Shown here piece after piece: positions 48,100 to 59,890 of a stretch of 64,000 nt of DNA. A model generated the notes under the pieces. That model saw nothing but the letters and a program-made list of their open reading frames with translations. It had not been told where the DNA came from and did no database searches. How positions within the stretch are numbered: the first letter of the stretch is position 1; the number at the start of each line of letters is the position of its first letter. The DNA comes from a virus. Where the stretch lies: IMG/VR virus record IMGVR_UViG_3300042260_000483, positions 22,090 through 86,089 of that record. One strand, written 5' to 3'. A program made the translations under genes and the position numbers.

Positions 48100-48108
48100 T
48101 ATAAATAT
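48100..48108 (-). promoter_or_regulatory. Putative late-promoter motif ATATTTATA
   Basis: Recurrent motif. Confidence 0.4.
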
Positions 48109-48150
48109 AAAAGTTTGATAAAAAAAGTTTGATAAATTGATATTTCTTAA

Positions 48151-49785
48151 TTAAGGGCGGTAGAATACAAATATCGGTTCGTATTTATAAGCTTTCCCAT
48201 TATGTTTAACAGAATTCTTAATACCACTTTTAGTTGGGTCTAATCCCACCATTCGTGTCATTAGCATTTTCAGTTTTCCTTTATACTCACACCCTAATTC
48301 TAATAATATTTTTTTAGAATCCTCTTCAAGTTCAAAATAAGTATCCTTACCCACTTTTATTGAGGCAATATTCCAAAGGATGTATCTATCATTCTTTGTG
48401 TATTCGAAGATGGTAGTTAAAGTTGGACGTAAAAAGTTTTCTCTCCAATCTTCATATTCACCATATGCTTTGAATGATTGTTTTTCATCTTGAGAATATT
48501 GTTCTCTGTTGAAGTATGGTGGAGATGTAAATGATAAATCTAATTTACCATTATATTTTTGAAATTTAGGATTGTGTTGAATTAACTCTGAACCATCTTG
48601 AAACAATTCATATGTATTACCTTGTTTGGTTACATCGAAGAACTTAGCAAATGAATCTGAAAAATCATCTACACATCTATCGTTGTAAAACTTAGCAACG
48701 TATTCATATCGAGATATACCTAACTCTGGAATAAAGTTATCAGGGTTCGGGTCTGTTCCAATATAGTGAGTTTTCTTACGAGAACTCATTGCACCTAATA
48801 TTCTACCACCCCATCCACTTGATGAATCATAAATATGAAGAGGTTCATCTTGTTCAATATGTGATGTGTAATTTTCGTAAATCCACTTTGCAGTTAATGC
48901 AGGGAAATTTACAGCAGGTTGGCCACATGATAATCTAAATACCTGTAATATCTTTGGAAAAATACCATCTGATTTATCATACCAACGAATTAGATAAAAG
49001 AATTTCTTAACTTTACCATCTGCCATTGTATAATCATCATCGATAGATTTTACGTTTGACATTTGTGTTGGAGTTAAAAATCCTTTATCAACACATTCTC
49101 TTAGTTGTTCTGCAGTTAAATACAGATTACCAAATCCAATATACTCATCATTGATAGTTCCGTAATTATCTAAAGTATCTTCTTTAACTTTAGCAATCAC
49201 AATATCATTATCAGACCATTTGCCTGTAAATACCTTGCCTTCTGAAACTTTTTGTATAAACTCTACACCATTTTCACCATCCCAAAATTCGTTTTCATCT
49301 TTCTTATTTACAATAGAACGTGACCAGGAATACATTGAATCCCTCTTCACTGCTCTTCTCATAATTTTAACAAATTGTTCTTCTAAATTCGGGTCAGCAA
49401 AATGGTCATAAATAGATAACCCACCATCTGCTGATTTACCAATTGAAATTTTGGTTTTCAACATAGTAGGAAAAAACTGATTTACAACCGATGCATCTTT
49501 ATTAAAGTTCTGAATGATTCCTAATGATTCATCATCACCACTTAAATCCTTTTCCCAAAAATTACAATCATTACCTTTTAGTTTTTTGAACGAATCGATA
49601 ATACCACTTTCATCTCTACCAATTACAGGTGGAGTTCCGGTTGTATCCCATTGCTCAGTAACTTCTTTGCGTAATAATCTAGCCCAATCCGTAAACTCAT
49701 CATCAGTCATAGATAATAACTGATGATAAGTTGTATTGGACTTGAATTCGGAAAACTTGCTTCGTTCGTAAAAGTATTTCGTCAT
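48151..49785 (-). CDS. DNA amino-methyltransferase-like protein
   Basis: YDSSSGWGGR, GTDPN and FTSPPYF. Confidence 0.8.
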   Translation of the reverse strand: MTKYFYERSKFSEFKSNTTYHQLLSMTDDEFTDWARLLRKEVTEQWDTTGTPPVIGRDESGIIDSFKKLKGNDCNFWEKDLSGDDESLGIIQNFNKDASVVNQFFPTMLKTKISIGKSADGGLSIYDHFADPNLEEQFVKIMRRAVKRDSMYSWSRSIVNKKDENEFWDGENGVEFIQKVSEGKVFTGKWSDNDIVIAKVKEDTLDNYGTINDEYIGFGNLYLTAEQLRECVDKGFLTPTQMSNVKSIDDDYTMADGKVKKFFYLIRWYDKSDGIFPKILQVFRLSCGQPAVNFPALTAKWIYENYTSHIEQDEPLHIYDSSSGWGGRILGAMSSRKKTHYIGTDPNPDNFIPELGISRYEYVAKFYNDRCVDDFSDSFAKFFDVTKQGNTYELFQDGSELIQHNPKFQKYNGKLDLSFTSPPYFNREQYSQDEKQSFKAYGEYEDWRENFLRPTLTTIFEYTKNDRYILWNIASIKVGKDTYFELEEDSKKILLELGCEYKGKLKMLMTRMVGLDPTKSGIKNSVKHNGKAYKYEPIFVFYRP

Positions 49786-49786
49786 A

Positions 49787-50500
49787 TTATGATTGAATCT
49801 CCACTAAGTAATAATCGGATGTATATTCATCTACCTCAAAGTGGATGTGAGATAAACCTTGTGTTGAAATGTTAAGAGTTGCATCAGATGCCTCTTTGTT
49901 TGCTACTAAGATTTCTTTCAAATAAGTTGCAGAGAATGAAATTGCATCTACATCACCATTAACCGTTGCATCTACATCAATTGTAATTCTGTTTGTGTTG
50001 ATGTTTGAATGGCCTAAGATGATTTGTGATTTACCATTCTTAGAGGTGAATGTAAAATTGTTTTCATCTGCCAATGCACCCTTTGCACGAATGAACTTTG
50101 AAATGAAGTTAGAATCTAATTTGATTTCTACATCAAAGTTAGGTAATTGTTTCAAATCTGGTACGTTTGGAATAACTGATAAATCAGCCAACATATAATT
50201 TACAGATGTTGATCCATCTTTAAATTTTAATGATACTGCTTTACCTTCAATGTCAGAGATTGAAAAATCTACTGCATCACCTAATACTGATAACATTTTT
50301 GTTAATTTGGTTGTATCATATACACCAAATGATGAATCTGAATTATCGAATTCTTTCATTGATACACTACCCAATACAGATTTATCATCTGAAATGAATG
50401 AGGTGTTTAATGAACCATTCTTTGATTCCCACTTTACTGATTCGACTAATCCTGCAAGATTATACTTACTTACGAAACGATTTAATTTTTGTTTTTCCAT
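49787..50500 (-). CDS. Sliding clamp (T4 gp45/PCNA-like)
   Basis: 237 aa; FGVYD...L..LSV and SATYLKEIL; near the clamp loader and polymerase. Confidence 0.75.
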   Translation of the reverse strand: MEKQKLNRFVSKYNLAGLVESVKWESKNGSLNTSFISDDKSVLGSVSMKEFDNSDSSFGVYDTTKLTKMLSVLGDAVDFSISDIEGKAVSLKFKDGSTSVNYMLADLSVIPNVPDLKQLPNFDVEIKLDSNFISKFIRAKGALADENNFTFTSKNGKSQIILGHSNINTNRITIDVDATVNGDVDAISFSATYLKEILVANKEASDATLNISTQGLSHIHFEVDEYTSDYYLVEIQS

Positions 50501-50529
50501 TTTATTTATTGATTTTAAATTTATTTATA

Positions 50530-50561
50530 CAAATATACGACTATTTTCTGAATATTCCAAA
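50530..50561 (-). promoter_or_regulatory. Promoter TTTG-N20-TATATTTG
   Basis: Full consensus match. Confidence 0.75.
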
Positions 50562-50580
50562 TATTGTTCCATTTATTTTT

Positions 50581-52224
<1,644 letters not shown>

Positions 52225-52286
52225 TTATTTTTGTTTTATCTATTATATTCAATTTTAATACCACATTTCATTATACTGACACATTG

Positions 52287-52631
52287 TCATACTAAATAAT
52301 GTTTTAGTAAAATACATAATGAAATTCCAATCCATATTGTATTAAATAAAATGAGAGTTGGTAAACTTTTTTTCATACTTGCCCATATCAATAAGGAACT
52401 CGTTAAAAGTGTTATCCAATGACCCCACCATAATTCAATTCCAAATATTAAACCAGGAATAATGATGATTGCCTTTGCCATCCATGCTGAAAATTCTATA
52501 AAATTATAATCAGTCCAATATGTTTTATTGAAAAACATTTGGTATCTTTCTAAGATTCTATTAATTCCAACTACCTTATACAATCCAATAATGAATCCTA
52601 CAAATACTACTAACCAATAACCTACTATCAT
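52287..52631 (-). CDS. Multi-TM membrane protein
   Basis: Four hydrophobic segments. Confidence 0.65.
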   Translation of the reverse strand: MIVGYWLVVFVGFIIGLYKVVGINRILERYQMFFNKTYWTDYNFIEFSAWMAKAIIIIPGLIFGIELWWGHWITLLTSSLLIWASMKKSLPTLILFNTIWIGISLCILLKHYLV

Positions 52632-52641
52632 ACTTTTTTAT

Positions 52642-55149
52642 TTAGAAACTAAAGAATTTTTCAGCAGTTTTTTGTTCACTCATTACCTCACCCCAACTTA
52701 ATGCATTGTAAAAATCTTGTAATTTACCTTTTAATTCTGCTTCGAAGATTCGATTATGATCTACATAAGTTGAAATGAAATCAACAATTTCTTTAGGGTC
52801 TTCGTAACCAGTAAATCCTAAACCATCAATTCCTAATGGATTGTTTTTAAGATACACCCACTTAATTTTATCACCATCCTTCATCGGTGAATATTTAAAT
52901 GGAGCGTTAAAATGTTTCAAACAATCATTGTAAAGAATTGCTGCTTTAACGTGTGCAGGAACTCCTTTTTCTAATTGAAATAATTGTCTTTTCTTTGGTA
53001 GATACTTTGATAAGTTTTTAACTGCAGAGTTCTTTGCAATTTCACTAACCGGTCTTTCCATCATACTCTTTTTGAATGCAAGAATAAATGCTGTGATTTC
53101 TTCCTCTGGTTTACTTCGTAGAATATCAATTAAGACAGTTCCCATACATTCCTGAAATGCTTTAGGGAATGATGAACGTTTAACATCCAATCCTTTAACA
53201 TCTAATTTATCAGTTGCAATACCATTGTTTGAAATAATCCATTGTGCATATCGTTTCTTTGCAATCCAAATACCTGCACGAGCAACGTATTCTTTTTTAA
53301 TTTCTAATCGGTGATTTTGAACATTAAAGAATTTATCACATAAAATATCGTAAAATTGATTTAGGTAATCTTGAACTTCACCTGCAATACCATCTACCAA
53401 CACAGCAACTTCACTATCTGGCATCTGTTTCCAATCTTTATGTCTATGGTCTAAAAGTGGAACTGCCGAGAAGAATACAGAATCGGTATCAATATAGATG
53501 TTTGAATCCACATCTTTCGTTCCTAATTCTTTGTTGTATTTGATGTTCCCCATATTCGCCGTGTTCTTAATAACCGTTTGGCCCGTAGTTGTAACTGCCT
53601 CCGCATTATCAACATCGTAAAACCGAAAGGCAGGAAGGCCAAGAACACCATAAAGAGAGTTAAGAAGAATTTTTTGAACCAACTGTCTTTTTCCGTAAAA
53701 GGCATATTTTTCTTTATCACCCTCCTGACCGTATTTCTTTTCCAATTTTCTAAATTCAACCCTTTCATTAAACCAAATATCTAATATCTCGGGAATACAT
53801 CCCATTTTGTCTTTACGATATAAAACTCCGTTTGATGATATTGTTAAATCACCTTCTTTAATATATCTATCTAAATTATCTCTGGAAATTCTATCATCAC
53901 CCATTTGGTAATAATCAACTTCTTTTTTCATAAACTTCTGCACATCCCAATCCTCAACTTTATTAACCTTAGTTTCAGGTGAAATGTTTAAGGTCATAAT
54001 GATTGATGGATATAGTGAGGTTAAGTCCAAGTCATACACCCAATCATATTTACCCACAATCGGGTCTTTTACATACGCACCGATAAACTTTTCTTCTCCT
54101 GCCTCTTTTAATGCTGCAAGTTTTTCTTTTCTATCTGCCGGTTTGTTTGGTGCAACCAATCCTTTACGTTTAAGAAAACATAACAATGCACCCTCCAAAT
54201 ATTTTGAAGAATATACGAAATCCTCATATGGAACGTGTCCTGCATGACATATACCTCGACATAAATCAATGAATTGTAATTTCTTATCTAACTCTACTAC
54301 GATTTCAACATCGACTAAGTTATACTCAATGAACTTTTCAATATCTTCATTAAATAAATCATCCAATGAACCTTGATACTCAATCTTACCTTTACCTAAT
54401 TCAATCGTTCCGATAGTATCCAAACGATAATTCGGTAATTCGTTATAGTTAAATTTCTTATATAATTCTAAATAATCTAAACAACTTACACCTGCAAAGA
54501 ACCAACGATTACGATATGGTGAATAGAACGCTTGGCCAATTGGTGATAATCTTTTTGCGTGTTGTTCTCCTAAGATACGTTTGATACGATTAAAAAGATA
54601 GGGAATATCGAAATTATCAATATTCCAACCAGTTAAAACATCGGGAGCAATTCCTTCATAAAGTTCTAAGAACTTCATACACAAATCTCTCTCATCTTTA
54701 AATGGTAAAATGATTGCCTTATCCGTTTTACGTTCGGTCATCTTACCTTTTTTATCCATAATCAATACCCAATACTGATTAGTGATATTATCTTGTAAAC
54801 CGATTGCAGTTAATTCATTCTTAGCTTCTTCAACATTCGGTAGACCAGATTCCATCTCAACCTCAATATCGAATGTCATTGTTACGATACCTTCAGATGG
54901 TAAATCAGATTCGGTATAAGTATCTACCAATACTCTGGTAGTTTCAGGTACATCTGATTCAAATAAATTAGGATCATCTCCTTTAAATTTGTAGATTTTG
55001 GTAAGTTTATCACCATAGATAGAACGGAATGTTCCATTCGTTGCAGGTTCATATGCGTAACGAGTGTATGGAAATGTTCTGTATCCTAAATGATCATCCC
55101 ATAAATGGACAGTATTTTTCTCTCGTTGAAAATAGACGTTTTTATACAA
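52642..55149 (-). CDS. Family B DNA polymerase
   Basis: Exo DIE, GWN..FD and YN..D; polymerase DLTSLYPS, KILLNSLYG, YIDTDS and KKRY. Confidence 0.97.
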   Translation of the reverse strand: MYKNVYFQREKNTVHLWDDHLGYRTFPYTRYAYEPATNGTFRSIYGDKLTKIYKFKGDDPNLFESDVPETTRVLVDTYTESDLPSEGIVTMTFDIEVEMESGLPNVEEAKNELTAIGLQDNITNQYWVLIMDKKGKMTERKTDKAIILPFKDERDLCMKFLELYEGIAPDVLTGWNIDNFDIPYLFNRIKRILGEQHAKRLSPIGQAFYSPYRNRWFFAGVSCLDYLELYKKFNYNELPNYRLDTIGTIELGKGKIEYQGSLDDLFNEDIEKFIEYNLVDVEIVVELDKKLQFIDLCRGICHAGHVPYEDFVYSSKYLEGALLCFLKRKGLVAPNKPADRKEKLAALKEAGEEKFIGAYVKDPIVGKYDWVYDLDLTSLYPSIIMTLNISPETKVNKVEDWDVQKFMKKEVDYYQMGDDRISRDNLDRYIKEGDLTISSNGVLYRKDKMGCIPEILDIWFNERVEFRKLEKKYGQEGDKEKYAFYGKRQLVQKILLNSLYGVLGLPAFRFYDVDNAEAVTTTGQTVIKNTANMGNIKYNKELGTKDVDSNIYIDTDSVFFSAVPLLDHRHKDWKQMPDSEVAVLVDGIAGEVQDYLNQFYDILCDKFFNVQNHRLEIKKEYVARAGIWIAKKRYAQWIISNNGIATDKLDVKGLDVKRSSFPKAFQECMGTVLIDILRSKPEEEITAFILAFKKSMMERPVSEIAKNSAVKNLSKYLPKKRQLFQLEKGVPAHVKAAILYNDCLKHFNAPFKYSPMKDGDKIKWVYLKNNPLGIDGLGFTGYEDPKEIVDFISTYVDHNRIFEAELKGKLQDFYNALSWGEVMSEQKTAEKFFSF

Positions 55150-55172
55150 AATTATTTATTTTTATTGTTCTA

Positions 55173-55204
55173 CAAAGATACGAAAAAGATTTCGTATTTC
55201 CAAA
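55173..55204 (-). promoter_or_regulatory. Promoter TTTG-N20-TATCTTTG
   Basis: Consensus match. Confidence 0.75.
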
Positions 55205-55217
55205 TGATTTTGATGAT

Positions 55218-56708
55218 TTAATTATCAAAATCATTTTCATCAAATTCATCTAAAGTTATTTCATTTTCATTCAATGGTTTATCATTTTCATGAACTTCCT
55301 TATGACATGGTTTGTGTAATATAACCATATTGGCAACTTCGTTTGGACCTCCTTTAGAATATTTTTTAAGGTGGTGAGCCTCATCTCCAATATAAACTCT
55401 CTTACCACAATGAGGACAGATTGAATCCTGATTTAATAATACCTCCCAACGTTGTAATTTATTTATATTTCTGCTTAATTCTCGAAGTTGAATACCAGAC
55501 GATTCATTAAATTTTTCCAAATCGCCATTGACATTCTTTAATTGCTGTTGTAAATAAAAATCTGTTTCGTTTGATAATGTAATGATAACATCTTTATCAT
55601 CTCGTCTGGCCATATCAGTAATCCACCACGATTCTTTAACTCCGATAGTAACTTTACCTTTTGATTTCATAAAATATTTATACATTGTATTAAAATATAC
55701 AAATAATTTATCATAATCAGTAATCAATACATCATACTCTTTTCGTAAATCAATTAAAATATACATTAATAAACGAATTGAACCTTTACCATATTCTTTA
55801 ACTGCAGTTGGTGGTATTGCTTCAATGAATTTATCGATATCATTTATAGTCTTAGTAAATTTTAAATCTAATGATGATTTACAAAGGGATTCCAAATCTT
55901 TTTTATTTACTTTTTTTGGACCAATTTTATAATAATAATACAATCTAAGAATTAAATCAGCTGCCGTAAATCTATTAGTTTCAATTCCAACTTTATCAAA
56001 ATTGATAGTATCATTCCATTTTCGTGCTTGTTCGTATAACGCTGATTCGGTTGCTAATAAAATTTCGATATTCACTAAATTAGTGGAACCAGTATTCAAA
56101 TCTTTAAATAATTGTCTAATTTCTTCTTCAGTTCCCTCATATAATACAACTGGTAAATATGTTGAATAAAATACATCTTCGATTAATTCCTTACCATTAG
56201 GAAGTTCTTCTACGATTTGTTTATAGGTTAATCCGGAAATATCTACTTTTAATTTAAATTTGCCGGTAATAAAAGTTCCTTTACCTAACGCAAATTCGTT
56301 TGTAATAAATTTTATTAATGTAGACCAGCGTTGTTGACCATCTATAATTTCTAAAATATCCTCTTCTCTACGATATGAAAAATATAAGGGATTTGTTAAT
56401 TGATTGTTAAATATTGCCTTAATGATTGATTGTTTACCTTTGAGGTCTTTAACAAATTTTCTTTGAAATCTAGTTGGTATTACTATTTTATTTGAAATAT
56501 TTTCAAAATTGATAGTATCAATTTTATCACACTTACCCATTGTTAAATCAGCCAAAGACATACCATTGTTTTTATTAGGCTCGCCACGATACATACGAAT
56601 ATCAAATCCTTGTTTGACTTGTAAACGTTGTCTAATTGTCTTTCCACCTACATTTAATGTTAGTTCATCTGAAGTTAAATACCCTAATCCTGTTTTAAAT
56701 TTTTCCAT
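55218..56708 (-). CDS. DUF262 (GmrS-like) plus C-terminal HNH nuclease
   Basis: FQR, IIDGQQR and F..LN.G; CPHC...AHH...KGG.N...N..ILH..CH. Confidence 0.8.
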   Translation of the reverse strand: MEKFKTGLGYLTSDELTLNVGGKTIRQRLQVKQGFDIRMYRGEPNKNNGMSLADLTMGKCDKIDTINFENISNKIVIPTRFQRKFVKDLKGKQSIIKAIFNNQLTNPLYFSYRREEDILEIIDGQQRWSTLIKFITNEFALGKGTFITGKFKLKVDISGLTYKQIVEELPNGKELIEDVFYSTYLPVVLYEGTEEEIRQLFKDLNTGSTNLVNIEILLATESALYEQARKWNDTINFDKVGIETNRFTAADLILRLYYYYKIGPKKVNKKDLESLCKSSLDLKFTKTINDIDKFIEAIPPTAVKEYGKGSIRLLMYILIDLRKEYDVLITDYDKLFVYFNTMYKYFMKSKGKVTIGVKESWWITDMARRDDKDVIITLSNETDFYLQQQLKNVNGDLEKFNESSGIQLRELSRNINKLQRWEVLLNQDSICPHCGKRVYIGDEAHHLKKYSKGGPNEVANMVILHKPCHKEVHENDKPLNENEITLDEFDENDFDN

Positions 56709-56742
56709 TTATTTTAAGTTTTATATCTCTTAATCTTATATC

Positions 56743-56774
56743 CAAATATACAAATAATTTTTTACATTTCCAAA
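56743..56774 (-). promoter_or_regulatory. Promoter TTTG-N20-TATATTTG
   Basis: Consensus match. Confidence 0.75.
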
Positions 56775-56792
56775 TAAAAAGGTATTTATTTT

Positions 56793-57632
56793 TTAAAATT
56801 TATAAATTCCACCAACATTCCAAAATAAAATAGTTCCTTCAATTTCATCAATGTTTTCTTCTAACCACTTCCATTGTTTAATATCCCAAAATTGATTACA
56901 AGGGAATGGTGCTGAATAGCCTTCCAATCTATCCTCAAAAAGATATTCTGATTTTCTTATATTTAATGGAATTGGAATACCACTTCGTTTAAGTGTTTTG
57001 TTAATTGAACTTTCAGATGATACACACGTTGTCCAAACTTTTCTCTTTACTTTTGGAAAAAATTCTTTTAATTCTTCTCTATAATAACCTCTTACTAAAC
57101 CTGCTAAGGTCACACCACTACCCGATGATACAACTAAATTATCAAAATGTGTAAATGGTTGAATTCTATCTGCAAGGTAATCTTTGTAGAAATCGTGGTC
57201 AAAAGCGTAAGGTAGCATTTGCCATCCATTTTCAGATGCTATCTTCTTTAGTGAATTATACATAATTTGCATCATATTGGGTCTGATTGGATTCATATGA
57301 ACCTTTGGAAACATTTCCTTAATCATACTCAAATATTCTTGTGAGATTTTCTTTGAATCAGGATATGATACATGAAATTCGATATCCAAATCTTCACAAA
57401 TTGCTGCTAGTGCCCAACCTGTCCAACTTCCATCTACTGAAAGGTGGGTTAATGGTTTAGATTTATCTACATACTTTTTTACTAATTCGTATAATGCTGC
57501 TACTTTTCCCCACGGAGGTAATAGTTGTCCATCACCCATCAAATCATCTCTTTTTACCCACACTTCTCTACCTTTAATATGGTAAAGTTCTAATGGAGTA
57601 TCTTCGTTCAATCCTTTCAATCCTAAATCCAT
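56793..57632 (-). CDS. PLP-dependent enzyme, fold type II (ACC deaminase/D-cysteine desulfhydrase-like)
   Basis: TPLE...VWVKRDDL...GK, SSGSGVT and LFWNVG. Confidence 0.75.
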   Translation of the reverse strand: MDLGLKGLNEDTPLELYHIKGREVWVKRDDLMGDGQLLPPWGKVAALYELVKKYVDKSKPLTHLSVDGSWTGWALAAICEDLDIEFHVSYPDSKKISQEYLSMIKEMFPKVHMNPIRPNMMQIMYNSLKKIASENGWQMLPYAFDHDFYKDYLADRIQPFTHFDNLVVSSGSGVTLAGLVRGYYREELKEFFPKVKRKVWTTCVSSESSINKTLKRSGIPIPLNIRKSEYLFEDRLEGYSAPFPCNQFWDIKQWKWLEENIDEIEGTILFWNVGGIYKF

Positions 57633-59128
57633 TGGTATATCCCTCCTGCGTTTGATGTTAATTCTCCTTTCATTTTTCTATGAGAGAATCCATGTATTTT
57701 TTCAAAATTATCACCGATAACGTTAATCATTTTTTTTCTATTCTTAAAATTGATATTCGGGTCATTTAAGATAATTTCTTCTATGTATTGTTTAAAGTTA
57801 GTTCCTTTTTGGAATGCCCTCTTTTCTTGGTCTAATATCTCATCTGGTAATTTTCCTCTAAATGCATTTGCAAGTGGTAATTTCCATTGTCCACCTTTAC
57901 AAAGAAATTCATCAGTTAAGTTCGTAGTATAGTTTAAGAAATCAGTATCAAAGAATGGACATCTTAATTCGATTGTTCCATAATTCATAAAGATAGTATT
58001 TCCTCTTAGTAAATTTCCGTAGTATTGTTTTTCAAATAATTTTTTACGGACATCACTCCAATCTGGTTTCTTACTGAACATACGAAAAGTTCCATATGAA
58101 CCATATGATTCATCACTACCCTCACCACTAAATGCTACTTTGATTCCATCACTTGCCATTTGTTCTGCAATGAATGATTGTAAAATACCTACTTCCATTT
58201 GAACGGTTGATGGGTATTCAATTACTTTAATTGAATCTAAGAATCTTTGTTTGATTATCTCATCGTTTTTAGGCACGAATACCTCAATCAATTCTACTCC
58301 TAAATACTTTGCACATACTCTTGCCTTTTGTAAATCTTTTGAGGTTTCATCAAATGCAATGGTATATGCTTTTAAGTTAGGAATTCGTTGTGAAAGTAAA
58401 TAAGTAATAACTGCAGAATCAATACCACCACTCAAAGATGTTGCAATCGGAACATCTGCCAATAATCTTTTATCTACCGCACGTTCTAATAATTTAAAAG
58501 TAGTATCTCTAACCTCATCATGTGATTCAACTTTCGTTGGTTCGGATGAAAATTGGAAATAATAATTAGAATGAATAGTAAGTTTATCAGTATCTAAATC
58601 AATTTCAACTAAACTATTTTTTGGAACAAATTTAATATCCGAAGTTTTATGCTGAGTAGTAATTGCTTTCAATTCACTTGCTACAATATATTGGTTTGTA
58701 TTATAGATGTAAAGTGGTAATTTACCAACCCAATCTCTTGATAATATCAATTTATTATTATCGTAGATGATGAATGAAAACATTCCATCTAATCTTTTTA
58801 ATTCACCTTCTTTATATAAAAATAGAATAATTTCTGAATCTGAATTAGATTTGAATACATACCCACGTTCTTCGTATTCTTTACGCAACGTTGGGTAATT
58901 CCAAATCTCACCATTTACAACTAATTGAACACCATCGTATTCCATCGGTTGATTACCTAATGGAGATGTATCATTAATTGATAAACGATTATGACCTAAA
59001 ATAATATGTTTATCTCCATACTTAAATTCTCTAATACCGCGATTATCTCTACCACGATGTTCGATAGTTTCAAGCATTTCATTGACATCTTCTTTATTAT
59101 AACCTATGGTTGCTACGATTCCACACAT
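57623..59128 (-). CDS. Asparagine synthetase B-like glutamine amidotransferase
   Basis: N-terminal MCGI, HRG.D, RLSI, NGEIWN, LSGGIDS and SGEGSDE. Confidence 0.9.
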   Translation of the reverse strand: MCGIVATIGYNKEDVNEMLETIEHRGRDNRGIREFKYGDKHIILGHNRLSINDTSPLGNQPMEYDGVQLVVNGEIWNYPTLRKEYEERGYVFKSNSDSEIILFLYKEGELKRLDGMFSFIIYDNNKLILSRDWVGKLPLYIYNTNQYIVASELKAITTQHKTSDIKFVPKNSLVEIDLDTDKLTIHSNYYFQFSSEPTKVESHDEVRDTTFKLLERAVDKRLLADVPIATSLSGGIDSAVITYLLSQRIPNLKAYTIAFDETSKDLQKARVCAKYLGVELIEVFVPKNDEIIKQRFLDSIKVIEYPSTVQMEVGILQSFIAEQMASDGIKVAFSGEGSDESYGSYGTFRMFSKKPDWSDVRKKLFEKQYYGNLLRGNTIFMNYGTIELRCPFFDTDFLNYTTNLTDEFLCKGGQWKLPLANAFRGKLPDEILDQEKRAFQKGTNFKQYIEEIILNDPNINFKNRKKMINVIGDNFEKIHGFSHRKMKGELTSNAGGIYQWI

Positions 59129-59129
59129 A

Positions 59130-59828
59130 TTATCTATTTAATACTTCTAATAACTTATGAGTTTTTTTAGTTTCATCATTCATCTTACCGATATGACAAG
59201 AACATGCTAAAACTGATACCTTTCCTAATTCCATATTACTTTCTTTCGCTAAGAATTTACCCATCTCAACTAACGCAGTATAATCTGCATAACCTGATTT
59301 CGATACTCTATTTGAACGAATGATTGATGTTAGGTAGATTTTACCATTACGAGGTTTAATATCAATTGCTAACATACAAGGTTGTGAGTATGGATTTCTA
59401 GCATCTCTACTCGGGTCAAAGATAATCAATTCACATCTTTTAACTGCTTTACCAGTTTTTAAGATTTTAATTACGTTTTCTACCTGATTGAATGTTCCTT
59501 GCCATGCAACCATTCTACCCCAATATGAATCACTCCATTTATCTTTGATAAATTTATATTCCAATCCTTCTTCTGCTTGAAAAAATGGACTATCTGAAAC
59601 AAATGGTTGTGGTTCTAAGAATGTTACGGTCTTTGCATAATCAATTCTATCATCACCCATAATTTCTCTAAAATGAGGGTCAAACCAATCATCAGATTGA
59701 AATTCTGTGATTTCAGTCATCACATTTAATTCTTCGGTTAAATCACCTACTTTTACTCCGTTTGCAATAAGATGTTTAGATACCTTTACCCATGCATCGC
59801 CGGGAGATGTTGCTTCAATTACTGTCAT
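59130..59828 (-). CDS. Thymidylate synthase/dCMP hydroxymethylase-like protein
   Basis: PC catalytic motif (QPCM), RSN.......ADY and SCHI. Confidence 0.75.
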   Translation of the reverse strand: MTVIEATSPGDAWVKVSKHLIANGVKVGDLTEELNVMTEITEFQSDDWFDPHFREIMGDDRIDYAKTVTFLEPQPFVSDSPFFQAEEGLEYKFIKDKWSDSYWGRMVAWQGTFNQVENVIKILKTGKAVKRCELIIFDPSRDARNPYSQPCMLAIDIKPRNGKIYLTSIIRSNRVSKSGYADYTALVEMGKFLAKESNMELGKVSVLACSCHIGKMNDETKKTHKLLEVLNR

Positions 59829-59858
59829 ATTATTTTATTTATAGTTTTAGTATCCTAA

Positions 59859-59890
59859 CAAAGATACTATATTTTTTTAACATTTCCAAA
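59859..59890 (-). promoter_or_regulatory. Promoter TTTG-N20-TATCTTTG heading the TS-AsnB-PLP operon
   Basis: Consensus match. Confidence 0.75.
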
